Program-made: the position numbers and the translations under genes
The notes under the pieces: model-generated
Seen by the model: only the letters and a program-made list of their open reading frames with translations
What the model was told of the DNA's origin: nothing
Databases searched by the model: none
Shown: positions 39,697-49,613 of the stretch, piece by piece
How the letters are laid out: every line of letters begins with the position of its first letter
Numbering within the stretch: position 1 is the first letter of the stretch
Origin: a virus
DNA: 64,000 nt
IMG/VR virus record: IMGVR_UViG_3300009159_000048
Location: 1-64,000 of that record
Direction: 5' to 3' (one strand)

Positions 39697-39728
39697 CAAA
39701 TATAGTGATTAAATTACAAATTTCCAAA
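39697..39728 (-). promoter_or_regulatory. Bacteroidota-type sigma-A promoter
   Basis: Minus strand TTTG, a 20 nt spacer and TATATTTG upstream of 39680. Confidence 0.5.
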
Positions 39729-40247
39729 TAAATGCTCAATTTTTTTATCTCTGATATAAGACTTTTTAAGAGAATCAATAGTTGCGGTTGATCCATTTAT
39801 TCTATCAGTGAGCCAAATATCACTTTTATGTAACTCTTTATACTCAGTTTGTAATAAGAAGTCATTGACATCATCGGTTGACTTATATTGAAATTCTTTA
39901 CTAACTATTATAAAATTTTGAGGTAGGTCTTTTATAACTTCTAAATAAAAACCCCAATTCATTTTTCTTTTACTCCAAAAATCAAATACAATTAAATCAA
40001 CACGAAATAAATTAGATTTATCAAGAATACTTTCCTTGAAATCATCAATATTATCAAATTCTATTTTATTATTTAAATAATGATATAAACAAAGATCGTG
40101 TATTTTATTTGATTCGGATGGCTTTGGTGGAGTAAAAAGTATATAATTATAACCAGCTAGGTCTAAAAAGTTCACAATGCTACTAACACCAGAAGCAACT
40201 GATGAAACGTCACCGGTGAAATAGTTATATTTTTTCAGATCTATCAT
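39714..40247 (-). CDS. Hypothetical protein
   Basis: 177 aa; ends YIRDKKIEHLF. Confidence 0.6.
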   Translation of the reverse strand: MIDLKKYNYFTGDVSSVASGVSSIVNFLDLAGYNYILFTPPKPSESNKIHDLCLYHYLNNKIEFDNIDDFKESILDKSNLFRVDLIVFDFWSKRKMNWGFYLEVIKDLPQNFIIVSKEFQYKSTDDVNDFLLQTEYKELHKSDIWLTDRINGSTATIDSLKKSYIRDKKIEHLFGNL

Positions 40248-40629
40248 GTATGTTCTTTTTCTTTACATCAACGATGTAGTTATATTTATATAAAAATCTT
40301 CTTCCAATTAAACAAGGAAATTTCATACCTTTTCTATTTGTCAAAGATATAAAAACTTTATGAGATTTTTCACCTAGTGTTAATTTTGTTTTAATCAAAA
40401 ATCTTTTCTGAACTCTACCAAAAGAACTTTTAACTTTAACCTCTTTAAAGTTATCAAAACATATTTTTTCACCCCCCTCAAACCAAAAGAATAGTTTATC
40501 TTCATCCACTTGAAATCCATCAACATGTAGTGCAATATTGAATGCACCAGTATCTACTTTAGCGTCTAAAGAACTTATTCCAAGTTCAGGTAATGAAATT
40601 TTTTCAAATCTTCCTACTTTTTTACTCAT
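40225..40629 (-). CDS. Retropepsin-like (RimB/RimK-associated) aspartic protease
   Basis: AKVDTGA and TNRKGMKFPCLIGR; probable start at ATG 40629. Confidence 0.75.
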   Translation of the reverse strand: MSKKVGRFEKISLPELGISSLDAKVDTGAFNIALHVDGFQVDEDKLFFWFEGGEKICFDNFKEVKVKSSFGRVQKRFLIKTKLTLGEKSHKVFISLTNRKGMKFPCLIGRRFLYKYNYIVDVKKKNIHDRSEKI

Positions 40630-40683
40630 TAGAGATGATTTTTTATGATATATATTACATAAGTAATAATAAAGTTTAATTTT

Positions 40684-43341
40684 ATGTCTAGACATCTCGA
40701 ATTACAAAAAAAATATAATGAGTTAAACGCTCAGAATAAAAAGGAAGGAAGGGAAAAATTTTCTAAAGATCTTGGAAAGCCAAAAGTTAAAATTACCAAA
40801 GGAACAACACCAACATCAACAAAAGTAATTAGAAACAAAAAGTTAGATGTGGTTATAGTCTCTGTAAACTACAACGATTATTTATCAGTCACTTTATCAC
40901 ATAATAGTAAAATATTTGATAATATAACAGTTGTTACCTCATCAGAAGACATACTTTGTCAAAAAATGTGTGAAAAATTTGGTGTAAATTATGTAGTTAC
41001 TGATATTATGTATGATGGTAATGCAAAATTCAATAAGGGGAAAGCCATAAATGAAGGAGTAAGAAGTATTGAAAATCCTGATTTTATACTTTTAATAGAT
41101 GCTGATATTATTGTTAGTGACAAAATAGATTTAGACTCAATTGATAAAGATTATCTTTACACCTCAAATAGACATATTTGTAAGTCTTATAATCTACTAC
41201 AAAGTTATATTAATGGTGAGAAAAAAATTGAAGATGTATTTAAGTGTGAAATTGATAAAGGAATGGGATTTTTTCAACTTTTTAATATAAATCACAATTC
41301 AATTGATAAAGATAAAGTATATCCAGAATTCTCCAATGACGCATCATGGGATGATTTATTATTCAGAGATAAATTTCCAAAAAGAGTAACTCTCGGTAAT
41401 ACAATAATTCACTTAGGAGATCCATATCAGAATTGGACAGGAAGAGTAACTAGCAGATTTTTATCAGATGAGGAACTTTTTAAGATTATCAACTCATATG
41501 TAGATAAAAAAGAATTAAGTCAAAATGATTGGGGTACATTTGATAAAAACATAAATACTTCAAGATATGGAAAATTCAATATAGTAAACACAATATCATT
41601 TGATTATCACTACTCAGGATGGTCATACTGCTTAGAACAAATATCAATATTAAACTCAAAAGATGGAATAGATTTTGACCCATATCTAGAAAAAAACTTT
41701 TGTTGGTATGGATCAGAAAAAAAAATATATCAAAATCCTTGGGTTGGTATACTACACACACCGATAAACACAGATAAAGAATATATCAAAAAGGTGAATA
41801 ATGTAGAAATTTTTAATATTCCAGAATTCATTGAAAGTCTAAAATACTGCGTGGGTCTTTATACATTTAGTGACTATGAAAAATCAAAAATTGAAGATAA
41901 AATTAAAAAATTAGAAATTAATTTAGATATAAATGTTATTAGACACACAACAAGAGAAAGTAATAATAAATGGAGTATTAATCTTTACAAAAAAGATAAA
42001 AAAATACTACATGTTGGTTGGTGGTTAAGAAATATTGACAGTTTCTATAATCTTAAGGTAGATTTAAAAAAGATAAGATTAAAGTTAAAAAATCCAATAG
42101 AAAAAACAATAAGTAGAATATTTAATATGCAAGGAAATTGTCAGGAACTTTCATATCTAAATAAAGATGAATATGAAAGTATATTGAACTCATCAGTTTT
42201 ATTTTTAGATTTAATAGACTCTGTTGCTGTTAATACTTTAATTGAATGTATCGAAAATAACGTACCTATTATAGTAAATAAAACAAAATCAGTAGAGGAA
42301 TATCTAGGAAAAGATTATCCACTATATTATCAAAATTTAGATGAGGTAAACGATCTACTAAATGATGATAAGATTTTAGAAGCATCTGAATACTTGTCAA
42401 AAATACCAAGATTTGATAGTCTAGGAAAACAAATTCAAATGTCAAATATTTATAAAAAGATAGATGGCTTACAAACTTACAATATTTTTAACCCTGGAGA
42501 TTTAGGATTAGATTCATTAGGTGGAATTTATAATCCAGGCTATATAAAATTTAATAATAAAGAGTATATTTTACCAAGAGTTGAAAAATTTACCGAAAAC
42601 GAGAGAGGTCAAAACAATCTCTGGAGAAAAACCAGTTCTGTACCATACTTAATAGAAATTGATAATGAATTTAATATTAAGGAAATAAACAAACTAAAAC
42701 TAATTGGATTCAGTGAAAAAAGAATAGAAGATTTTAGAATATTTGAATATAAAAACGAATTATACACAAATCATATATTAGTTGATGATGATAGTATTTA
42801 TCCAGTAATATCGAAAATAGATATAAAAAATAATAAATTACATTTTATAGGAAAAATAAAAATACCAATTGACATAAAAAATGTAGAAAAAAATTGGACC
42901 TTTATTTCTATGAATGATGAACTTTTTTTAATCTACAATATAAGTACTATGACAATATTCAAGGTCAATTTAGATAATTTAACTTCCGAATTATACAAAA
43001 ATATTGATAGTAATATTGAGTGGTCAATAAGAGGATATGTATCAGCAAGTACAAATCCTATAAAAATAAATAAAGATTCATATATAATGGGGTTTCACAC
43101 TAGAGATAAAAATCTTATTTATCATCAAGGATTTTTGGAATTTGACTCAAACTTCAATATAATAAATTACTCAAAAAAACCTGTTATATCATCAGGTGAT
43201 TATCAAACTATAAATCCAAAAGTAATTTACACAATGTCATTAAAATTAAATAAAAAAGACGAGGAAATTGAATGTTTTTGTGGAGATGGTGATAGTAAAA
43301 CAACAGTGATATCATATAAAATAAAAGAATTATTTAGATGA
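40684..43341 (+). CDS. Multidomain glycosyltransferase (GT-A plus GT-B-like) with C-terminal beta-propeller glycosidase-like domain
   Basis: FNKGKAINEG and IDADI (GT-A); NTLIECI...VPII (GT-B-like); YNPG, IEDFR and EKNW (GH130/GH43-like propeller). Confidence 0.6.
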   Translation: MSRHLELQKKYNELNAQNKKEGREKFSKDLGKPKVKITKGTTPTSTKVIRNKKLDVVIVSVNYNDYLSVTLSHNSKIFDNITVVTSSEDILCQKMCEKFGVNYVVTDIMYDGNAKFNKGKAINEGVRSIENPDFILLIDADIIVSDKIDLDSIDKDYLYTSNRHICKSYNLLQSYINGEKKIEDVFKCEIDKGMGFFQLFNINHNSIDKDKVYPEFSNDASWDDLLFRDKFPKRVTLGNTIIHLGDPYQNWTGRVTSRFLSDEELFKIINSYVDKKELSQNDWGTFDKNINTSRYGKFNIVNTISFDYHYSGWSYCLEQISILNSKDGIDFDPYLEKNFCWYGSEKKIYQNPWVGILHTPINTDKEYIKKVNNVEIFNIPEFIESLKYCVGLYTFSDYEKSKIEDKIKKLEINLDINVIRHTTRESNNKWSINLYKKDKKILHVGWWLRNIDSFYNLKVDLKKIRLKLKNPIEKTISRIFNMQGNCQELSYLNKDEYESILNSSVLFLDLIDSVAVNTLIECIENNVPIIVNKTKSVEEYLGKDYPLYYQNLDEVNDLLNDDKILEASEYLSKIPRFDSLGKQIQMSNIYKKIDGLQTYNIFNPGDLGLDSLGGIYNPGYIKFNNKEYILPRVEKFTENERGQNNLWRKTSSVPYLIEIDNEFNIKEINKLKLIGFSEKRIEDFRIFEYKNELYTNHILVDDDSIYPVISKIDIKNNKLHFIGKIKIPIDIKNVEKNWTFISMNDELFLIYNISTMTIFKVNLDNLTSELYKNIDSNIEWSIRGYVSASTNPIKINKDSYIMGFHTRDKNLIYHQGFLEFDSNFNIINYSKKPVISSGDYQTINPKVIYTMSLKLNKKDEEIECFCGDGDSKTTVISYKIKELFR

Positions 43342-44372
43342 AAAGAATTATTATAAATGGTTTCTTCGGAAAGGGCAATTGCGGAGATGAGGCAATTTTA
43401 CAAACATGGCATGAAAAGTTATCTAACAGATTTAGGATAGTAGCTTCTATGGATTCTAATGTTGTTGATCAAAAAGAATATGTAGATTTTGATTTTTATA
43501 GTGAAATCGATGTAATACAAAATAGAAGAGTTGACATATTTTGAAGAGAGGACATATACGCATACATAATAGGTGGTGGAGGCTTAGGATTAGGATTCGG
43601 GGTAGAACAATGGCTACACACCATATTAAGAAGTAAAAAAAGACTTTATCTAGGAACAATTGTACATAATGAGTTCTTTAATAATAATCAAGATTTGATA
43701 AACATTAATAAGTTATTTTTTAAGTCATTCGATATGATTTCCGTAAGAGATAAAAAATCAAAGGAAAATCTGAAAGATATATTTGACACCGAATCAAGTT
43801 TCTATCCAGATATAGCAACTGCTTTATCACTAGAAGAAGAAGAAATAAAAACTAATAAAAGATTTATAACAGTAACTGTAAGAGATAACAATGTAAATGA
43901 TTTAGTGTCAATAAAAAAATGGATAGATAAAATTAAAAAATACGCAATTAAAAATAAGTTTGATATTATTTATTTACCATTTGACAAGACAGACGAAAAA
44001 CTGATGGAATCTTTATCTCTAGATATTAAATACGAAAAGATATATTGGTATCCTAAAAAGACAAAATATATCATATCAAAATCAGAAATGTGTTTTTCAA
44101 TTGGTAGATTTCATCCGATAGTTTTTGGTCTATCAACCGGAGTAACTTCATACTTTATAAATTGCCAGGAACAAGATAGTAAGTGGAGATATATCGATGG
44201 GGATAAAGATAAAAACTTTGAGATTCTTAATGATTACAACTCGTTGGAATTTTATCTAACAAATGATGATATTAAGAAAGAATTCAAGAAAAATTCAAGA
44301 TCGAAGGAAATATCAAAAGAAATACAAAATAATATAAATGAATTCTTTGAGAAACTAAATGAAATATTATGA
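43338..44372 (+). CDS. Polysaccharide pyruvyltransferase-like protein interrupted by one in-frame TGA (43542-43544)
   Basis: GFFGKGNCGDEAI, IIGGGG, ISVRDKKS, PDIA and RFH are all in one frame across the TGA. Confidence 0.7.
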
Positions 44373-45592
44373 CAGTACACCAAATAAAATCTGAGATAAA
44401 CTATAGTTTTTTAATGTCTCCATTTTATTTGATAGGAGACGATGAGTTATTGAAATCTCAACTACTAAATTTAAATAATCAAACTGATAAATCATTTGAG
44501 GTTATAATTCCAGATCCACATTATTCTAAAAGAGAATGGATAAAAGATTTTTGTAAGAATCTTGATTATAATCTAATACACTATAAATACGAAACAAACT
44601 TTAAAATACCAAGAACATTCGATTATGGAATATTTAACAATTCTTCTTTGATAAGCAATTCCGAAAATCTCATAATTTTTCAAGACTGGAGATTTTGTCA
44701 TCATGAACTAGTAGAAAGACTTAAAAAAACTAATTATGAATTTGTAGGATTTAACTGGCAGATTCTTTATACAGAGGAAATTCCACTCAACTCTTGCGAT
44801 CCTCTTGGGAACTCTCAAGAATCGACGGTCACACATCACCCAAAATCAACAATAGAAATATCAATAGTAGAATCTAAGATACTTTATGAGAATGGTATAT
44901 TTCCAATTATAAATATAGAAGAAAGTCTAGTAAACACATTTCATAATAGTTGTTGGGGTCATTATTGCATCTCAAAAAAACTTTGGATGGAAATAAACGG
45001 GATAGATGAAGTAGTAACAGGCACAAGACATTATGCAGATTTAGATATTAACGCAAGATTACAGGAATATTTTAGAAGAAATAATAAAATTATTGAAATT
45101 CCAATGTTGAAAAATGCAATGGTTAGATTAGCGCACATTAGAGGAAACTTCTTTGGTGGTTCAAATGTAGAATTGGATTACAAAGTAAATATTGAACACA
45201 CAAAGTGTTGTTTTGTCGCAACACCAAATATAAGTATCGACGAATTTACACATAATAAAAAATTTACACACTACGTTGTCGATAAAATTAAAAATGGAGA
45301 ATATTCTAAATTATATGAAATAGAATATTCAGAATATTTTAGAAATAATAATAAGAATGAAAGTTTGGATGATGAGTATTGTATCATAGGATTTCAATGT
45401 AATAAATGTAAAGTAGTAGGTGAGACACCACACTGGTATGATAAATCACCAAATTGTAGAGTAGAAGCTATGTTTGATATTGGTACTGAAAACTTTAAAA
45501 TTGGAAAAAATATTAAATCTATAAATAATAATCTATTAGGCGAAACAATTCAGAAAAAAATAGAATTAGTCACTAATTACTGGAATGAATAA
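44369..45592 (+). CDS. GT-A-fold glycosyltransferase-like protein
   Basis: LNNQTDKSFEVII and INGIDE...DLDINARL. Confidence 0.6.
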   Translation: MTVHQIKSEINYSFLMSPFYLIGDDELLKSQLLNLNNQTDKSFEVIIPDPHYSKREWIKDFCKNLDYNLIHYKYETNFKIPRTFDYGIFNNSSLISNSENLIIFQDWRFCHHELVERLKKTNYEFVGFNWQILYTEEIPLNSCDPLGNSQESTVTHHPKSTIEISIVESKILYENGIFPIINIEESLVNTFHNSCWGHYCISKKLWMEINGIDEVVTGTRHYADLDINARLQEYFRRNNKIIEIPMLKNAMVRLAHIRGNFFGGSNVELDYKVNIEHTKCCFVATPNISIDEFTHNKKFTHYVVDKIKNGEYSKLYEIEYSEYFRNNNKNESLDDEYCIIGFQCNKCKVVGETPHWYDKSPNCRVEAMFDIGTENFKIGKNIKSINNNLLGETIQKKIELVTNYWNE

Positions 45593-45641
45593 TTTTTGAC
45601 TAGAATAAAAACTTTCATAATAATTAAAAATACAATCAAAT

Positions 45642-46271
45642 ATGGCACACGGAGTTTATAAAGTAACAGAAGAATTTGAAAAAGCATTAGGAGACTACAC
45701 AGGAGCTTCCTATGTTGTAACGGTAGACAATCAGAGCAATGCTCTTTTTCTATCCATGATGTATGAAAATGTAAAGGGTAAAGAACTAACAATTCCATCC
45801 AGAACATATCCATCAGTACCTTGTGAAATTATACACGCAGGAGCTAAGGTAAAATTTAAACCAGTTCAGGGAAAAACAATTAAAGGAGCTTACCAACTAG
45901 AAGGTTCCAATGTCTGGGATTCTGCTTTAAGATTCACTGCTGATATGTATATACCAGGAACTCATATGTGTGTATCATTCACTGGACCATATAAACACTT
46001 CAAGTTATCAAAGGGAGGAGCTATACTAACCGATAATTACGAAGCCTATCTTTGGTTTAAGAGAGCAAGATATTCAGGTAGAAGAGAGTGTTCTTATCAT
46101 GACGACCACTTTGATATGTTAGGTTGGAATTTTTATATGATGCCTGAATTAGCAGCGAGAGGTCTACTTCTGATGAGTCAATTTTATAACACTGATGGTA
46201 CAAAAAAGATTAATGAAGATTTAGAATTACCTTATCCAGACTTATCAAAATTTGATATTTATAAACAGTGA
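45642..46271 (+). CDS. Short DegT/DnrJ/EryC1/StrS-family sugar aminotransferase
   Basis: TYPSVP, WDSA, SFTGPYKH, KGGAILT and GWNFYM. Confidence 0.8.
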   Translation: MAHGVYKVTEEFEKALGDYTGASYVVTVDNQSNALFLSMMYENVKGKELTIPSRTYPSVPCEIIHAGAKVKFKPVQGKTIKGAYQLEGSNVWDSALRFTADMYIPGTHMCVSFTGPYKHFKLSKGGAILTDNYEAYLWFKRARYSGRRECSYHDDHFDMLGWNFYMMPELAARGLLLMSQFYNTDGTKKINEDLELPYPDLSKFDIYKQ

Positions 46272-47038
46272 AAATAGAACAATTTATAACGTGTCCCTCT
46301 ATAGGATTCTTTGAATATGAGTTTCAAAAAAAATGGAGTTTGTCAAAATATTTTGATGATGATAAACCATTATTCTTCTTTGGATTTAGTGGGCTAGAAA
46401 ATATTTTTGAATCCCACAAAGGATATAAAGTAGTTTTACCATCTACACCGACTGACTTACCAAACTTTGGAATACTTAAAAATATAGAAAAGACTATACT
46501 TATAACCGAATGTTCTTTACCGAAAGACTATTATCTACCAGAAAATGTAATTCACAAACAAGAGGTTATAGAAATAAAAGACTATAACATGTTTAATCCT
46601 AGTACATTAGGAGACAAAATATATTATTACTCTGGATTTTCAAATGGTTGGACTCCAAGCCCAAAAGAAAAAATAGATTATATTCAATCTAAAATAGACT
46701 ATGAAATTATAACAACTCAACATATCAACAAGTCAGATATGTATAACATAGAATTTTTAATTGAAAATTATTATAGAAAATGTTTTCTAAATCTCAACTT
46801 TTCACAAGGACACGGAATGACAACTACAAGAGAATTTTCATTAATGGGTGTAAAAACATTGACATTTGAAAATCCATATCCATACGAATCATTAATTAAA
46901 TGTAAAGATGTTGATGAAGTCTTAGAGAATATAAAACTTGAGTCTAAAAAAATAAACACAATACAACCAAGCATTAATCCACACACAACAGGAAAAGACT
47001 GGTTGGAACTAGACTACTGGATAAAAAATAAAAGATAA
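46268..47038 (+). CDS. Hypothetical protein in the glycosylation cluster
   Basis: 256 aa; GTGA overlap; weak GT-B-like EFSLMGVK. Confidence 0.55.
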   Translation: MKIEQFITCPSIGFFEYEFQKKWSLSKYFDDDKPLFFFGFSGLENIFESHKGYKVVLPSTPTDLPNFGILKNIEKTILITECSLPKDYYLPENVIHKQEVIEIKDYNMFNPSTLGDKIYYYSGFSNGWTPSPKEKIDYIQSKIDYEIITTQHINKSDMYNIEFLIENYYRKCFLNLNFSQGHGMTTTREFSLMGVKTLTFENPYPYESLIKCKDVDEVLENIKLESKKINTIQPSINPHTTGKDWLELDYWIKNKR

Positions 47039-47043
47039 AAACT

Positions 47044-47565
47044 ATGATATTGAAAATGAGAGGAAGTTCTAACACAAAAGGTCTATTAGACTTAATTGAC
47101 TACATACCTAATAATTTAATAATGGCTGAAGTAGGTTGTTACGCAGGCGAAAGTACTAAAATGTTTTTAGAATCAGGTAAAATTACCTTACTATATGCAA
47201 TAGATATTTGGAAAGACGAAATGGACAACTTTAAAAAGATACAACCAAGTCACGACTTTTCAATCGTTGAGAAAACTTTTGACGAATCTATGAAAGAATT
47301 CAATATAAAAAAACTTAAAATGTATTTCTCAGAGGCATTAGAATCTCTACCAACACTAGATTTTATATATATCGATGCAAATCATGATTATGAATTTGTT
47401 AAAGATGATATTACCAATGCTCTAAAAAAAATTAAAAAAGATGGTTTGATAGCTGGACATGATTACAACAATGAAAGTCCTGGTGTTATAAAAGCAGTTA
47501 ATGAATTTTTTGGTAAACCAGATATCATTTTTTCAGACTCTAGTTGGTTAGTAAAAATAAATTGA
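47044..47565 (+). CDS. Class I SAM-dependent methyltransferase (Methyltransf_24-like)
   Basis: EVGCYAGES, AIDIW, DFIYIDANHDY and GHDY. Confidence 0.85.
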   Translation: MILKMRGSSNTKGLLDLIDYIPNNLIMAEVGCYAGESTKMFLESGKITLLYAIDIWKDEMDNFKKIQPSHDFSIVEKTFDESMKEFNIKKLKMYFSEALESLPTLDFIYIDANHDYEFVKDDITNALKKIKKDGLIAGHDYNNESPGVIKAVNEFFGKPDIIFSDSSWLVKIN

Positions 47566-48344
47566 AAAAATGTATGATAGAAGCTGAAGAAATAATTATT
47601 GGTAAAAATGTGATTATATCACCAACTGCAAAAATAAGAGGTATAAACGGTAAAGCAAAAAAAATCGTAATTGGTGATAACACTTTTATAGGTGATGATG
47701 TACAAATAATAGTAGACGAATTCCAGATAGGAGACTACTGTAAAGTGCAACATCACACAAACATACATGGATATAAACCAATAAACATAGGACATAATGC
47801 ATGGATAGGCCAGTATACAATAATAGATGGAATCGGAGGGACAACTATAGGAAACAATTGTGGAATCGGAGCTCACTCACAACTCTGGTCTCACATTTTA
47901 TATGGAGATGATTTAGAAGGTTGTAACTACAACTCGTCAAGTGAACTTAGAATAGGAAATGACTGTTGGTTTGTTGGACATTGTATAGTTTCACCAATAG
48001 TAGCAGAAGACAAATCGATGGCATTAGTTGGTTCTGTCATAACAAAAGATATGAAGAGCAATCACATATACGGAGGATCACCCGCAAAAGATTTGACTGA
48101 TAAAATAAAACCCCAGTTCAGTGAGGTTAAACTGGAGGACAAATTATTAAAAATGAACAAACATTATGAACAGTTTGGTTCACCAAAAAATATCAAAATA
48201 GTAACAGATTTTTCTGAAATAATAAGTGAACATTACACCTATTTTAATATATCAGATAGAAAATATACTAAGAGGTTGACAGAAGAGGAAATATCATTCA
48301 TGAAATTTCTATTACCAACTAAAGCTAAATTCACACCATATTAA
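47544..48344 (+). CDS. Hexapeptide-repeat (LbH) acyltransferase
   Basis: IGDNTFIG, IGHNAWIG, IGNNCGIG and GGSPAK; true start may be a little downstream. Confidence 0.8.
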   Translation: MVSKNKLKKCMIEAEEIIIGKNVIISPTAKIRGINGKAKKIVIGDNTFIGDDVQIIVDEFQIGDYCKVQHHTNIHGYKPINIGHNAWIGQYTIIDGIGGTTIGNNCGIGAHSQLWSHILYGDDLEGCNYNSSSELRIGNDCWFVGHCIVSPIVAEDKSMALVGSVITKDMKSNHIYGGSPAKDLTDKIKPQFSEVKLEDKLLKMNKHYEQFGSPKNIKIVTDFSEIISEHYTYFNISDRKYTKRLTEEEISFMKFLLPTKAKFTPY

Positions 48345-48361
48345 AAAATATTATATAAATT

Positions 48362-48997
48362 ATGCCAATAAAAAAACATAACCCCTATAAAATTGTTCAG
48401 ATGTTTGAGGAAGAAATTGCTCTATACACAAATGCACCCTACGCTGTATCAATAGATAGTTGCACAAATGCTCTATTTTTGTGCTGTAAGTATTTAGAAG
48501 CCGAAGAAGTAACTATACCATCGAAGACTTATTTGTCAGTTCCAATGAGTATAATTCAGTCCGGTGCTCAATTAAGATTTGACAAAAGACCAGAATCAAA
48601 CCATTGGACTGGAATTTACCAACTAAAACCATATCCAATATATGACGCAGCTAAAAGACTTACTTCCAACATGTACATTCCAGGAACATTTATGTGTTTA
48701 TCTTTTCATATAAAGAAAAATCTTGGAATAGGAAAAGGGGGAATGATTCTCACTGATAATAAAGAAGCCGTTGATTGGTTCAAAAAGGCCAGATATGAAG
48801 GTAGAAGTGAAAAATACTACAAGGAGGACAATATATCATCTTTAGGTTGGAATATGTATATGACTCCACAAGAAGCCGCACAAGGACTTTGTTTATTACA
48901 AAATTATCCAGAACATATGTCCGATCAAGGAGAATTAAATGGATATAGAGATTTAACTGAATTTGATATATTTAAGAATTGTAAAACTATAGAATGA
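48362..48997 (+). CDS. Short DegT/DnrJ-family sugar aminotransferase (paralog of 45642)
   Basis: DSCTNAL, YDAA, SFHIKK, KGGMILT and GWNMYM. Confidence 0.8.
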   Translation: MPIKKHNPYKIVQMFEEEIALYTNAPYAVSIDSCTNALFLCCKYLEAEEVTIPSKTYLSVPMSIIQSGAQLRFDKRPESNHWTGIYQLKPYPIYDAAKRLTSNMYIPGTFMCLSFHIKKNLGIGKGGMILTDNKEAVDWFKKARYEGRSEKYYKEDNISSLGWNMYMTPQEAAQGLCLLQNYPEHMSDQGELNGYRDLTEFDIFKNCKTIE

Positions 48998-49578
48998 AAA
49001 AAGCTCTAATAGGATACGGTGGACATGCTAGAGAAGTAATGTGTCAGATGAATCAAAAACTAGATTGTTTTGTAGATGATGAATTTTTAGATTCTAATAC
49101 ACTTTCATTTTCTAAATTTGATCCAAACCTATATGAGGTAATGATTTGTATATCAAATCCAAAGGATAGATACGAAATAGTAAATAAGTTACCAAAAGAA
49201 ACAAAATACTTTTCATTTATACATCCAACTGCATTGATATTAAGTGACGATGTCTACATTGATGAAGGAAGTTTTATCGGAGCTTACAGTATACTCACAA
49301 CAAATATAAAAATTGGAAAACATTCAATATTAAATAGATACTGCCAAATAGGACACGATTCGCAATCAGGAGATTATCTAACAATGATGCCTGGTTCTGT
49401 AATTTCAGGTAATTGCAATATAGGAAACAGAGTTTATTTTGGAACAAATTCATCAGTAAAAGAAAAAATAAATATTTGTGATGATGTAACTATTGGATTA
49501 AACTCCGGAGTTGTTAAAAATATCAATGAATCAGGGATATATGGAGGAGTTCCTTGTAAGTTAATAAAACAAATCTAA
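48994..49578 (+). CDS. NeuD/PglD-like sugar acetyltransferase
   Basis: GYGGHAREV, IHPTA, IGHD and GVP. Confidence 0.85.
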   Translation: MKKALIGYGGHAREVMCQMNQKLDCFVDDEFLDSNTLSFSKFDPNLYEVMICISNPKDRYEIVNKLPKETKYFSFIHPTALILSDDVYIDEGSFIGAYSILTTNIKIGKHSILNRYCQIGHDSQSGDYLTMMPGSVISGNCNIGNRVYFGTNSSVKEKINICDDVTIGLNSGVVKNINESGIYGGVPCKLIKQI

Positions 49579-49613
49579 AACAAAAATCTATAATAAGAAA
49601 AATAATTATTAAA

